Below, piece by piece: positions 27,326-39,692 of a DNA stretch of 64,000 bases. How positions within the stretch are numbered: the stretch's first letter is position 1; each line of letters starts with the position of its first letter. Position numbers and translations under genes: made by a program. The notes beneath the pieces are model-generated. The model worked only from the letters and a program-made list of their open reading frames with translations. It did no database searches and was not told the DNA's origin. Location: NCBI GenBank assembly GCA_964016885.1, contig OZ024740.1:282844001-282908000 (forward strand). The letters are read 5' to 3'. The DNA is from Eledone cirrhosa (Eukaryota).

Positions 27326-30300
27326 TTACAGATATATACTCAGAGTAGGCCCATTCACTCGGGCCATTCTTGCTTCTCTCACCCATCTTTCAACAAAATG
27401 CTGGGAAGAGAACACTTCCCTCTCTACTCTGATTTTCCTCTTCAAATGAAATTTGAAAAAGTCAATCAGAGCATCACCGAAGAGGTAAGTGCTCGTCTTC
27501 AGCCCTTTCAAACGTGTCCACCATACTATCTCTTTCGCCATGGCCACCAGACAGATAAAAACTGCCTGCCCTTCCCGGCTAAAGGAGGAGGGCGGGGCAA
27601 TCCTCACGATGGACTCAGATGATAGCCGGATCCGTCCTAAACGCGACAGCAGGTGTTCGACATAAACCCACAAGTCAGCAATTTTCGGACACTGGACGAG
27701 TGCGTGCAGGACGGTTTCGTCGCCCTGCGCGCATCTCGGACATGCCCGTCTGACGGCACCTCCATGCCTGTAGAGTTTATCCCGAACTGGCAAGGCTCCT
27801 CGGTAGCACTGCCAGGCCAGAGATTTCTGGAAGTTGTCCATAGGCCCTGGCCCGAAAGTTCTTCCGAAGAGATTGGCTAGTTGATTTTCGTCGACGCCTA
27901 GAGTTTCCCCAAGTACGTCATCGCTCTTCCCCTCCACTAATCCTCTATAGAACGCCGAGGTGGAGTTTCCACCGATCACATTGCCCGATTGGTCGAGGGC
28001 TGTGAGCGCCTGAAGACATTCCAGTCTCCAGGCGCTCCCTCTCGGTCTTCGCTTGACCCAGGACTGCAGCTCCGTCAAGGAAACGAGCTGGGGAAACACG
28101 CGCCTAGCAAACGGCGACCACACCTGATCACCGTCGAGGAAGAGGTGGAGATGTCGTAGCCTGAGCGCGTGCCTGCGCATCATCAGCCACGGCATGCCCA
28201 GCCCTCCACGTAGCGGGTGTTGACAACAGATGGACCGCCTGACCATCGGAGCGCGTCCCTTCCACAAAAAGCGAAAGAGCAAACGCTCCAGCGCAGTCAG
28301 GCGAGGCTTAGGACAAGGTACGACGGTCAGACGGTAGCAGATGACGGACGCGATGTACGCGTTAGCCACCTCCGCTCGACCTTTCAGGGATAGCTTCCTC
28401 TCCGCCCATTTCTGGGTGAGAGAAGCCACACTGCTCGTCACCTCGTCCCAGTTTTTGTCCGTCTGGAGGTCCGGACCGAACCAGACCCCTAGCAATTTAA
28501 CCGGTCCGTCCGTCCAGCATCCGACGACGCTGTTGGACGGCATGGACCTGCCTCTCCAGGTGCCGAGCTGCAGGCCCACTGACTTTTCCTGGTTGATCAT
28601 TGCTCCTGTCACCGCTTCGTATTCTCTTAGTGTAGTGCCGATCGCCTCGATGTGTTTGGCGCTCGACACCACTACGGTGACATCGTCCGCATATGCTGAC
28701 ACTGATCTTCCGCATCCTAGTTCGCGCGGGACTCCCCTCAACGTCTCCAGTTTGTGCAGTAATGGCTCGAGAGTCAATACGTACAAGAGGGACGAGAGGG
28801 GACATCCTTGGCGGACCGAGCGCATGATGTTGAACGGTTCCGACAGGTGACCGTTCACTCTCACCACAGAGCAGATGTCGCTGTGCATGGCAGCGATCCA
28901 GCCTCTGAAGACGGGCCCAAAGCCAGCCGCCCTCAGGACTGCCGCTAGGTAACGATGGTCGACCCTATCGAAAGCTTTCGACTGATCTAAATTGATCAAG
29001 GACCCACCCGTGCCAGGTTCCCTAGCTACCCTCTCTACGATGTATCGCATGAGGTGGAGGTTGTCGTGGATGGATCTGTCGGGAATGGCGCATGTCTGCG
29101 CCTCTCCCACCAGACCACCAACGACAAGCGCCAACCTCTTTGCTAGCACCTTGGCCAAAATCTTAAACTCTGTGTTTAGCAGAGTTATGGGCCGGAAATT
29201 GTCTATGTTATCCCCCTTGTTCGGATCCTTTCTCAGCAGTGCCACCGCTCCTCGGCTCACAGAACTGGGAATTCTCCCGTTCTGTTGCCAGTTGCAGTAG
29301 ACGTCCGCCAAGAGGCCTCCGAACAAGTCTGGCATCTGTACGTAAAGTTCATAGGGCAGACCATCCAAACCAGGCGATTTACCCCTTGTGCAGCCAGTCA
29401 TTGCCTCCCGTACTTCAGCGGCTGTTATCGGCTTTTCGCAACACTTCGCCTCAGTGGCCGAGAGCCGCGGCAGTCCGTCGAGGTAGACACTAAAGTCCAT
29501 CCCTCTACCCGGCCCCCCGCTGCCCCCGAACAGCTGAGCGAAGTGTCGCTGAAAAGCTTCACACATTTGCCCGGGATCGAGTAGCATGCGCCCGTCGTGG
29601 TCCACCAAAGACCGGATCGTGGCTTTGTTGCCACGACGCGCCTCCGCCACTCGGGCCCATTGAACGGCTTTCGTCCCCTCGTGTCTGAGAGCACGCACCC
29701 TAGCTCTGACAACGCAGCCTTCGTGCTTTGCATTGAAGAATTGGTCAAGGGCCAATTTCGCCGCAAGCACGTCGGTCGCAATGCCTTTGCTAAGCGCCTC
29801 GTCTAATTTTCTAACTAGTTCTCCCTCTGCTCTATTTTTCTCTATTGCTAAAGCCTTACTAAACCTAATCGATTCTATTCTAATCGCTCTTTTCAGAGCA
29901 AACCACCACTTGTTGTTGACGATGGCCCCCGTCAACGCCCGCTTAACTAGTTCGCTAATCCGGTCTCTGTAGGCCTTGCGCGCTGGTAAGGACGCGTTTA
30001 GCTTCCAGTAGCCGGGTCCTCGTCTATGCAGCCTATCTAAGTCAAGCACACAGGTCACGAATTTGTGGTCCGTGTAGCTGACTATCTTGAATTGTGGACA
30101 GCCTATGCTAGACCTATCTATTTCCCTACAAAATACTCTATCTAGATATGATCTGGATGACCCTATGCGGTATGTCCAAGTCCACATTGGCACATTCGGG
30201 AAATCCAATCGGTACCTGTCAGACAGTTCAAAACGCCTGAGCAGGTTGGTGAGGCTCTTGCACCCACCACCCCTATCCGCTAATCCCACACAGTCCCAGC

Positions 30301-30745
30301 GTGCATCTAAGATCCCGTTCCAGTCGCCCACTAACACTAAAGAGCGGGACGTTCCAAGAAAGGTCTCCAGACGCCGGAAGAAATCAGGCCGCCCTGCTCC
30401 TGTCGGGGCATAGACGGCCACTAGCCTGAAAGCTTGCCCGTCTCCGCTGGTCACGTCCAGCACCACCAGCTTACCCTCTGGGTCCAGGAAGATGGCCCGT
30501 ATGGCGAGATCCAAACCTCTCCGAAAAAGCACAGCAACTCCTCCACCCGATCCAGGACGGCTGGGAGATGCGTACACATCGTAGCCGCCGAAGATCGGTG
30601 CGAAGGCTCGTGCTTCGGAGATTCTGGTCTCGCTGATGGCCACTACATCTATGTTTAGTGACCTGAGGTCGTTGAGCAGGTGACCCTGCTTCCATGACGA
30701 CCCCAAGCCACGCGCATTTATGCTGCCTATTCTGAGTGAGGTCAT
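27326..30745 (-). CDS. Tx1/L1 ORF2: APE endonuclease, reverse transcriptase and C-terminal zinc finger (1139 aa)
   Basis: SINARGL, ISET, AVYAP, GDWNG, SYLDR, TDH (APE); KSPGLDG, FRPITLLN, LDQSKAFDRV, RQGCPLS, YADD (RT); CPRC..ETVLHALVQC. Confidence 0.95.
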   Translation of the reverse strand: MTSLRIGSINARGLGSSWKQGHLLNDLRSLNIDVVAISETRISEARAFAPIFGGYDVYASPSRPGSGGGVAVLFRRGLDLAIRAIFLDPEGKLVVLDVTSGDGQAFRLVAVYAPTGAGRPDFFRRLETFLGTSRSLVLVGDWNGILDARWDCVGLADRGGGCKSLTNLLRRFELSDRYRLDFPNVPMWTWTYRIGSSRSYLDRVFCREIDRSSIGCPQFKIVSYTDHKFVTCVLDLDRLHRRGPGYWKLNASLPARKAYRDRISELVKRALTGAIVNNKWWFALKRAIRIESIRFSKALAIEKNRAEGELVRKLDEALSKGIATDVLAAKLALDQFFNAKHEGCVVRARVRALRHEGTKAVQWARVAEARRGNKATIRSLVDHDGRMLLDPGQMCEAFQRHFAQLFGGSGGPGRGMDFSVYLDGLPRLSATEAKCCEKPITAAEVREAMTGCTRGKSPGLDGLPYELYVQMPDLFGGLLADVYCNWQQNGRIPSSVSRGAVALLRKDPNKGDNIDNFRPITLLNTEFKILAKVLAKRLALVVGGLVGEAQTCAIPDRSIHDNLHLMRYIVERVAREPGTGGSLINLDQSKAFDRVDHRYLAAVLRAAGFGPVFRGWIAAMHSDICSVVRVNGHLSEPFNIMRSVRQGCPLSSLLYVLTLEPLLHKLETLRGVPRELGCGRSVSAYADDVTVVVSSAKHIEAIGTTLREYEAVTGAMINQEKSVGLQLGTWRGRSMPSNSVVGCWTDGPVKLLGVWFGPDLQTDKNWDEVTSSVASLTQKWAERKLSLKGRAEVANAYIASVICYRLTVVPCPKPRLTALERLLFRFLWKGRAPMVRRSICCQHPLRGGLGMPWLMMRRHALRLRHLHLFLDGDQVWSPFARRVFPQLVSLTELQSWVKRRPRGSAWRLECLQALTALDQSGNVIGGNSTSAFYRGLVEGKSDDVLGETLGVDENQLANLFGRTFGPGPMDNFQKSLAWQCYRGALPVRDKLYRHGGAVRRACPRCAQGDETVLHALVQCPKIADLWVYVEHLLSRLGRIRLSSESIVRIAPPSSFSREGQAVFICLVAMAKEIVWWTRLKGLKTSTYLFGDALIDFFKFHLKRKIRVEREVFSSQHFVERWVREARMARVNGPTLSIYL

Positions 30746-30780
30746 GTTTAAAATAGAGTGGAAAAGATGGGAAAGACCAC

Positions 30781-32874
30781 TTACCGTACTTTTGGTAGAG
30801 GAGGGATGGTTTTTACATCCCTTTTCACTTGATCGTCTGGTGAAGGGACCGTTGAATCGTCCCTTCGGCTGCTCGTCGGCTCTTCTAAGAGAATGTCTGA
30901 ATATACTCTTCGATTGATGGTTCCTCCTAGGTCCCTGAAATCACCAACTGCGTTGGGGAATTTCGTTTTAATGTTTGTGTATTGTTTCTGTGCTATTTTT
31001 AGCAGTCTTATGTTAGTTGGCGTTTTGATTGGTGCTGGTATTATGTAGTCCTGTTGTGAAATGTCTGTGTGTTCAATTATGTAAGTCATTAGTTTCTTGT
31101 GTGTGTTTATTGCCGTGCATTTGTTTTTCTGGGGGTGGGGTGTGGTTCTGCTATTTTCTTGTCGTTGTTGCTGGGTGTGTGTGTTTTGTTGTTGTGTTTG
31201 CGATGTTGGTGCTTGTGGTGGTGGTGTTGAAGGTGTTGTTGGCGGTGGGGTTGTCGCCGGTGGTGATGGTGGTGCTGGTGTGGGTGGTGATGGTGTTGGT
31301 GGTGTTGCTGCTGTGGGTCTCTTTGCAGTAGACTTTACCCTTTTCTCATTTCTTTCCTCCCTTTTCAAAGGCGACGATGCGCTGCTTCTGCGTTTGTGCC
31401 TTCTTACGACCTTTTGCCATCTCTCTCCCACCTCACACTCCATGTCTGATTCTGTGAGGTCGGGGAGGGGTACCAGCTCCACTCTTTCACTTGTTGTTGT
31501 TGGTGATGTTTGCACTGGAGTCTCTGTTGCAGCTGCATTTGGTATTGCTGTTGTTGTTGTTAATATTTCCACTGCTGCTGCTGTTTTTGATTTCCGTGGA
31601 GTGGGTATGGGTGCCACGGACCTATCGTTCCTGGTTGCCGCTTGTCCTGTTGCTGGTAGCCGTGGAGCCGGTTTCGGAAGGAGGGGGGTTTTCTCCTTTC
31701 TCAGGGTCTTCTCGTTGCAGAAGGCCCTGAGGTGAGTCTTCGATCCACAGCGAAAGCATTTCGGGCGTTTGCCCTCAACACTTATGGGCAGTTGAGTGCC
31801 GTTATCGAAGTCTATCACATCTGGGATAGCTTCGATGCACTCCTGGTTGGTTTGGATTAGCATCTCAATGGAGGAGCCGACCCAATCTTCTCTTACTTTT
31901 TTCTGTACTTGCAGTACAGTTGTTTTGTCCTCGATTCCGACGAGGACAGACGCGGCCAGCCAAGAAGGGGTCATTCCGGGGGGGACGTGGGTCAGTTTGA
32001 CCCTCACAATTTTTTGCCCGCAGTAGGAGGGCACCAACACCATTTCCTCGCTCCTTAGGGTCACTACTGATTGGGCCTTTGCCTCCTGGGGTGTGGCAAA
32101 AAGTACGTCTATGGTGGCATATTTTTTGCCTCGGGTGATGTGCGTTTTCCGCTGCCACACAGACCCCAAGGCTTTTTGTATTTGGGCCTCTGTGGCTCTT
32201 TCCACCCTACGGGATTTTGTACTTACTGTACGGTACGTGACCGTACAGTGCTCTTGGGTTTCGAAAAATTTTTCCGCTGCCTTGCAGATTGCTCGGTGTC
32301 CGTTCTTTGTCACCATCTTCTTCGCTTCCTCTAATTCCTCATTTGTTATGAGGATTGTTTCCAAGTTTTTCGCAATACCTGCAAATGAGATTGGTTTTTC
32401 TCTGCTGTTGTTGTTGTCGTCAGAGCTGCTGGTACTTTTGTTGTTGCTGCAGGTACTACGACTACTGCCTCCGCCGCTGTTGCTGTGGTTGTTGTTGGTG
32501 TTGCTGCTGCTAATGCTGTTGTTGTTTATGCTGCTGGTGATGCTGTTGCGGCTGCTACTGTTGTTTTCATTGTCACTGTTGCTGTTGTTATTACGGCTGC
32601 TACTGCTATTATTCCTGACGTCAGACGAATGAACTGGGTTTTCGTATTTCCCGCACACCTGTTTCGTCGCTGTCGTCGTCGTCGTGGAGAAACCTTGCAC
32701 GCTTTGCACGAGACTTTTCTTTTCTTTCGTCACTTGCGAAAGAGAAGGGAGGGAGAGAGACACATTTAAAGAAGGGAGGGAGAGAGACAATCTTCTCTCT
32801 GCTGTAGTGATGATTGAGGAAGAAGAAGACGGAATGAGTGGGAGTGACGTATGAAATTTCTTTTTCGTAGCCAT
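30781..32874 (-). CDS. Tx1/L1 ORF1 (gag-like, CCHC zinc knuckle; 697 aa)
   Basis: Uninterrupted ORF upstream of ORF2, with CFRCGSKTHLRAFC and Ser/Asn- and Pro/Thr-rich low-complexity tracts. Confidence 0.85.
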   Translation of the reverse strand: MATKKKFHTSLPLIPSSSSSIITTAERRLSLSLPSLNVSLSLPSLSQVTKEKKSLVQSVQGFSTTTTTATKQVCGKYENPVHSSDVRNNSSSSRNNNSNSDNENNSSSRNSITSSINNNSISSSNTNNNHSNSGGGSSRSTCSNNKSTSSSDDNNNSREKPISFAGIAKNLETILITNEELEEAKKMVTKNGHRAICKAAEKFFETQEHCTVTYRTVSTKSRRVERATEAQIQKALGSVWQRKTHITRGKKYATIDVLFATPQEAKAQSVVTLRSEEMVLVPSYCGQKIVRVKLTHVPPGMTPSWLAASVLVGIEDKTTVLQVQKKVREDWVGSSIEMLIQTNQECIEAIPDVIDFDNGTQLPISVEGKRPKCFRCGSKTHLRAFCNEKTLRKEKTPLLPKPAPRLPATGQAATRNDRSVAPIPTPRKSKTAAAVEILTTTTAIPNAAATETPVQTSPTTTSERVELVPLPDLTESDMECEVGERWQKVVRRHKRRSSASSPLKREERNEKRVKSTAKRPTAATPPTPSPPTPAPPSPPATTPPPTTPSTPPPQAPTSQTQQQNTHTQQQRQENSRTTPHPQKNKCTAINTHKKLMTYIIEHTDISQQDYIIPAPIKTPTNIRLLKIAQKQYTNIKTKFPNAVGDFRDLGGTINRRVYSDILLEEPTSSRRDDSTVPSPDDQVKRDVKTIPPLPKVR

Positions 32875-33113
32875 GTTGTTTTTTGTTTAAAATGAAATTT
32901 TGGGTACAAAACCCCAATAACTGGTTATTTAACCCCGAAGGGCCAAATAACGGACAGAAAGACCCCTCTCACGAGGAGGAGGGTGTCTTTATCAACAATT
33001 TGGTTCAAGTTTTAAACAATTTACAATTGTTTTAACGGTTAAAAATTACTATACCTTACAGAGCCGAGCCTCCGTCAACCATGGCATTCAATAATAATAA
33101 TAATAATAATAAT

Positions 33114-34512
33114 AAAAGAGCAATATTAAGAACGGAATTGAATGCAAGGAATAGGATCGATGCCATAAACACGCTTGCCATACCAGTAGTAACCTACAGT
33201 TACAATGTCCTCAACTGGTCAAGCACAGAGATCCGTAGGCTCGATACAAAAATTCGAAAATTCTTAACCATGCACAGAATGAATCACCCTAAGGCAGATA
33301 TAGATAGAATATATCTCCCTAGGAAAGAAGGAGGACGTGGGTTAATCCAGTTAGACATTGCGTTGAAAACTGCAACAATTGGATTATCTACATATCTAAG
33401 GGAATCACATGATTGGATGATCAAACTCGTTTTGAAACACGAAAGCATCAAAAGATCATATTCCATTACAAAAGATGCACAAAGATACAGTAATGGACTA
33501 CAAATTTCAGAAGTCCCATTTACTGCTGAAATGGAAAACACAGAAAAAGCAAAGCAGGTAAAAGTAACTGCAAAGAAAGAACTGCTACAGAAACTGGCTA
33601 AGAAATGGCAAGAAAAGCCTCTGTATGGAAAATACCAAGAAAGAGCTAACAATCCTGATGTTGACAAAACTTTAACCCATCAGTGGTTGGCATCCTCTGG
33701 ACTGAAATCGGAGACTGAAGGACTGATTATATCGGCACAAGATCAGTGTCTGCCAACAAAAAATTACCAAGCCAACATAATAAAAAATGGGTGCAGCCCA
33801 TTATGCCGCGTATGCAAAAAACAACCAGAGACCATTGACCATATAATTTCAATGTGCAGTCCTATAGCTCCAACCGAATACCTAAACAGGCATGACAGAG
33901 CTGCACAATACATACATTGGATAATGTGTAAGCATTTTGACCTGCCCCATCAAAAGAATTGGTGGGAGCATCAACCACCTCCCATACTTGAAAAAGATCA
34001 CATCTCAATCTTGTGGAACTTTAGCATCCAAACGGACCGAAAAATAGATGCAAACAGACCTGATATAATATTGAAAGACTTTCAAAAGAGGGTATGCCTG
34101 CTAATTGATATGTCTGTTCCAATAGACAAGAATGTATCTATAAAAACATTTGAAAAATTGAGCAAGTATAAGGACCTGGAGATAGAAATTGGAAAAATGT
34201 GGAAATTGAGAACTAAAACAATACCAGTGGTTGTAGGCGCTCTGGGAATGATACGTAAGGGGTCTAATGATTACTTATCCTAAATCCCAGGAAACCCGCG
34301 TATAGGAGAAATACAAAAGATAGTACTAATGGGAACTGCCCATATACTAAGGAAGATTCTGTCAATATAAGTACATCACAAGTCTAAACACTAAAGATGC
34401 ATGTGTGAATATGTATGTTCTTTCTTGAACATGGCGGACCTTGTTGTCTCTTGAGGTCACTGGTTGTGACTTGGTGATAACTCGTATGAACATAAAGCAA
34501 GATAAATGCAAC
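33114..34512 (+). mobile_element. R4/Dong-type non-LTR element family A, 5'-truncated (restriction-like endonuclease)
   Basis: DRIYLPRKEGGRGL, CRVC...ETIDHIISMC, YLNRHD..HW, RPDI...IDMSVP, EKLSKYKDL. Premature TAA at 34281 (CAA in the copy near 43071). (AAT)n at both ends. Confidence 0.9.
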
Positions 34513-34599
34513 TGTAATAATAATAATAATAGTAATAATACATTCAAACACTACATTACAATGAAACTTATGCTTATTCATTTTTGGGGTTTTTTCTGC

Positions 34600-37500
34600 C
34601 TGTTTGTTTGTTTGTTTGTTTGGGTTCGTCTACAGCGTGATAATGCCACACAAAAGTCACGTGGAGTAACGAAACCACCGGAGACAAGTAATTCACCGGT
34701 GGTTATGTAACCATACATTCGCCAATCCTCCATAAGAGTGTTTAAATGTCGAACCTAAACAGTTCGAATAACGGTGAAATCGAGACTAGAATGTCATCTG
34801 ACAGACTCTCACCCAACAGGTGCTCCCTGGCTCAGCAGCAGGGACCTGGCTGTCAACCAAATACTGCTGGTGTCGTAGGAAGAAGAAGAAGGAAAGGGAC
34901 CAGAACCAACTGGACGAAAGAATTGAATAGAACTGTTATGCAATGTTACCTGAAAAGTAACCCCAAGGAGAAAGGCTATAGGAAAAGGATGCATAACATC
35001 TCTGGAACGAGATTGGTCCATTTAAATTAGATGAACAAAAACTGGCCGGACAGGCTCGGGTAATAAGAACTAATGGGTGGATAAGCGAGCTGGAACTGGA
35101 GGAACTGGGCAGAGAGATTAGCTTGGAGATGGAGGGTGGAGTATGCCAGGCAAACGAGCCAGTGGGAAATGAAGGTGAAGAGGTCGAGAGAACGGAGGAA
35201 CCATCCGAAACAGACAATGATCTGAATGCTGAGATAAATAATACCTGGAACAGAGATACGGCCACTGAGGAGATGAATGCTGACGGGCTAGGACAAGATT
35301 TGGTAGATATCCTAAACTTAGTGGTAGATGAATTGAACAATGATAGTGGGAGACCTATGAACCTAAGATTTGTAGAGAGGAAAAAGTTAAAAGAAACAAC
35401 AGCTAATGTAAACAAAGTCATCCCATACCTTGAGGCGAGGAGCCTTCACCAGTGCAACAATATCCTCAAAGCAACAGCAAATACGGTGAGGAAACTACTT
35501 GGTATAAAAGCGAGAGGAAACAACAGACAAGAAAGAGTAGAGCCTTGGTGGAAGAAACGACTGAGTGGTCAAATCAGGGAAATGAGAAATGACATTGGAA
35601 AGCTTGAGTCCCTACTGATTGGGACACTAAAAAACATAGACACTAAAAATAGAGTGGAAATAAAGTACAAAACTAGGAGGAAAAAGCTAAATATTATCAT
35701 AGAGGAACTGAAGCAACGCATTGTAGCAAAGAGTGCAAAAATCAGGCGATACGAGAACAGAGTCAGCCAGTATAGACAGAACCGCATGTTCGACAACAAC
35801 CAGAAGATGCTCTTTGGACAGCTTGAAGGGAAAGAAAGAGGCAACGACTTGATCCCTGAGGGGGGACAAACTAATACATTCTGGAGAGGAATATGGGAGC
35901 AGGATGTTAAACATAATGACCAGGCAGTGTGGATTGAGACAGTACAGAAGGAGATCAGTGAACAGGCACGCCAACAAACTGATTTGAGTATCACAGTTGA
36001 AACTCTTAAGGGGCGGGCCAAAAAACTAACCAACTGGAAATCACCTGGCCCAGATGGTGTGCAGGGGTATTGGATTAAAAATATAACATCCCTCCAGCCG
36101 AAACTGACAACCATGTTCAATGACTGCTTGATGTCAGGTGAGGTACCAGAGTGGTTAACAAAAGATACCACAGTTCTGATAATGAAAGACCGAATCAAGG
36201 GTAATGATGTTACCAACTATAGACTTATCACATGTCTGTCCGTAATGTGGAAACTGTTGACAAGCATTATGTCTGAGGAAATCTACCATCACCTCCACAC
36301 AAACAACTTGTTACCGGACGAACAGAAAGGATGCCGAAAGAAGTCACGTGGTACAAAGGACCAGTTACTTATTGATAAGATGGTAATGAGGAATTGAAAG
36401 AGGAGACACACTGGTCTTGCCATGGGATGGATAGACTACAAAAAGGCATTTGACATGGTGCCTCATTCTTGGATCACCAAAAGCCTGGAGATCTTCAAGG
36501 TGGCAGATAACATCAGGCAGTTGTTGGGCAAAAGTATGAAGTCCTGGGAAACAGAGTTAACATCAACTGGAGAATCCTTGGGAAGCGTGAAGATCAAGAG
36601 AGGTATCTTCCAGGGGGATAGTCTGTCCCCTCTGTTGTTTGTCCATGCCCTGATGCCCCTGACCAGTGTACTGCGAAAAGTGAGAGCAGGATACAGGTTG
36701 GGAAAGGGAGGGCTTACCATCAATCGCCTCCTCTTCATGGACGATCTTAAGCTCTTCGGGAAGAGTGAGAAGGAGTTGGATGTGCTTGTTGACACTCACT
36801 GTCCGTATTTTCAGCAATGATATATGTATGCAATTTGGTATTAGTAAGTGTGGAGTCATTGTGATGAGGAGGGGTAAGTTGAGCAGATGTAACGGAATCC
36901 AGATACCAACAGGTGAGATGATAAAGGAAATTGACTCTGAGGAAGGATACAAGTATTTGGGCGTTCTGGAGGCTGATGACATCAAGAACAAAAAAATGAA
37001 GGAATTGATAAGAACTGAATACCTTCGGAGAGTAAGGAGCGTATTAAAGTCACATCTGAACAGTAGGAATACCATAAGTGCAGTAAATTCCCGAGCTGTG
37101 TCTATTATTAGGTATAGTGTGGGAATTCTGAGATGGAATGTTGCTGAACAAAAAGAAATGGATAGGAAGACTAGGAAGCTATTGACTATCTACAATATGT
37201 TCCACAAGAGGAGTGATGTCGATAGACTCTACTTAAGGAGATCTGAGGGTGGAAGAGGTCTTATCAGCATAGAGGACTGTGTTCAGATGGAGAAAAACAA
37301 CCTACACAAATACGTGACTGATAGTAAGGAGCCAATGCTCAGAACTGTACTGAAGGAGGGGACAATAGGCCAGGGGATGTCCAAGGAGGAAATAACATCA
37401 AGGAGTATGAGTAGCCTTCAGGGAAAATCCTTTCATAGTACCTTCTTTGAGAAAACTGAATTCAGAGATCCACAGACATGGAACTGGTTGAAAAGAGGAG

Positions 37501-38251
37501 ACCTTAAAAAGGCTACAGAAGGAATGTTAAGGGCTGCGCAGGAGCAGGCCCTCAAAACGAAGTGGTTGAAACACCACATTTACAAGGAGGAGGCTAGCCC
37601 ACTGTGCAGGATCTGTGGAGAGAGAAAGGAGACTGTGGCTCACATTGTATCCGAGTGTAAACACCTAGCCCAGACTCACTATAAGGGCTGGAGACATGAT
37701 GTGATGGGCAGGGTGATCCACTGGCACCTATGCAAAGTAAACAATTTACCACATTCTGAGAAGTGGTATAAGCATAAGCCAGAGGCGGTGATAGAAAACG
37801 ATCAGGTGAAGGTGCTGTGGGATTTTAGGATACAGACGGACAAGAAACTGGAACACAATAGACCTGACCTGGTGGTTTGGGACAAATAAAAAAGATCGTG
37901 CCTGATTGTGGATGTGGCCTGCCCATTCGACACGAGAGTGCAAGAGAAGGAGAGGGAGAAAATTAACCGATACCAGGACTTAAAGTGGGAGGTAAAAAGG
38001 ATTTGGAACTGCCATGAAGTCAAAGTGATCCCGATTGTCATAGGCGAACTAGGGACTATCTCAAAAGGTTTCCAGGGATGGTTAAAGAAAATTGGCCCCT
38101 TCACGCTTTTTGGAACGCTTCAAAAGGCATGCTTGCTGGGAACAGCCATAACCCTCCGATACGTCCTGAATATCTGAGGCTGCAGGTAGTGGCTTGATAT
38201 TCATCTCAACAAACTTTCCAGTTAACTAACATCAATGACTGAGACTCAAAG
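34600..38251 (+). mobile_element. R4/Dong-type element family B, near full length but disrupted
   Basis: ORF pieces 34746-35030, 35123-36397, 36422-36820, 36765-37889 and 37908-38177. Motifs NWKSPGPDG, DYKKAFDMVPH, GIFQGDSLSPLLF, LFMDDLKL, CRIC..H...C, RPDL, KYQDL-like. (AAT)n tail. The 5' boundary is approximate. Confidence 0.9.
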
Positions 38252-38274
38252 AGTAATAACAATAATAATAATAA

Positions 38275-39581
38275 TACAAGTATTTGGGTGTTCTGGAGGC
38301 TGATGACATCAAGAACTAAAAAAATGAAGGAATTGATAAGATCTGAATACATTTGGAGAGTAAGGAGCGTAGTAAAATCACTTCTGAACAGTAGGAATGC
38401 CATAAGTGCAGTAAATTCCCGAGCTGTGTCTATTATTAGGTACAGTGCGGGAATTCTGAGATGGAATGTTGCTGAACAAAAAGAAATGGATAGGAAGTCT
38501 AGGAAGCTATTGACTATCTACAACATGTTCCACAAGAGGAGTGATGTCGATAGACTCTACTTAAGGAGATTTGAAGGTGGAAGAGGTCTTATCAGCATAG
38601 AGGACTTTTTTCAGATGGAGAAAAACAACCTACACAAATACGTGACTGATAGTAAGGAGCCAATGCTCAGAATTGTACTGAATGAGAGGACAATAGACCA
38701 GGGGATGTCAAAGGAGGAAATAACAACATGGAGAAAGAGCAGCCTTCATGAAAAATCCCTTCATAGTACCTTCTTTGAGAAAACTGAATTCAGAGATCCA
38801 CAGACATGGAACTGGTTGAAAAGAGGAGACCTTAAAAATGCTACAGAAGGAATGTTAATGGCTGCGCAAGAGCAGACCCTCAAAACGAAGTGGTTGAAAC
38901 ACCATATTTACAAGGAGGAGGCTAGCCCACTGTGCAGGATCTGTGAAGAAAGAGAGGAGTCTGTGGCTCACATTGTATCCGAGTGTAAACACCTAGCCCA
39001 GACTCACTATAAGGGCTGGAGACATGATGTGATGGGCAGGGTGATCCACGGGCACCTATGCAAAGTAAACAATTTACCACACTCTGAGAAGTGGTATGAG
39101 CATAAGCCAGAGTCGGTGATAGAAAACGATCAGGTGAAGGTGCTGTGGGATTTTGGGATACAGACGGACAAGAAACTGGAACACAATAGACCTGACCTGG
39201 TGGTTTGGGACAAGGAAAAAAGATCGTGCCTGATTGTGGATGTGGCTTGCCCATTCGACACAAGAGTGCAAGAAAAGGAGAGGGAGAGAATTAACCGATA
39301 CCAGGACTTAAAGTGGGAAGTAAAAAGGATTTGGAACTGCCATGAAGTCAAAGTGGTCCCGATTGTCATAGGCGCACTAGGTACTATCTCAAAAAGTTCC
39401 CAGGGATGGTTAAAGAAAATTGGCCCCCTCACGCTTTTTGGAACGCTTCAAAAGGCATGCTTGCTGGGAACAGCCATAACCCTCCGATACGTCCTGAATA
39501 TCTGAGGATGCAGGTAGTGGCTTGATATTCATTTCAACAAACTTTCCAGTTAACAAACATCAATGACTGAGACTCAAAGAA
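38275..39581 (+). mobile_element. Second, 5'-truncated copy of Dong family B
   Basis: ORF 38288-39505 repeats the C-terminal part and the 3' UTR of the preceding copy; (AAT)n on both sides. Confidence 0.92.
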
Positions 39582-39692
39582 CAATAATAATAATAATAAT
39601 TGTTTCTACTTTTGGCACAAGGTCAGCAATTACCCAATGCATTACTGGTACTTTATTCTATCGACCCCGGAAGGATGAAAAGCAAAGTTAAC

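Larger units (their letters stand above)
27062..33090 (-). mobile_element. Apparently full-length Tx1-type L1-clade non-LTR retrotransposon (family 1)
   Basis: 5' UTR, ORF1, 35-bp spacer, ORF2 and a 3' UTR with AATAAA; (AAT)n at both ends. Confidence 0.92.

Noticed and set aside
33081-33113. ATG start of the 400-aa ORF 33081-34283
   Set aside because: The start comes from the antisense Tx1 5' end plus (AAT)n fused by chance to a truncated Dong ORF; it is not a real gene start.
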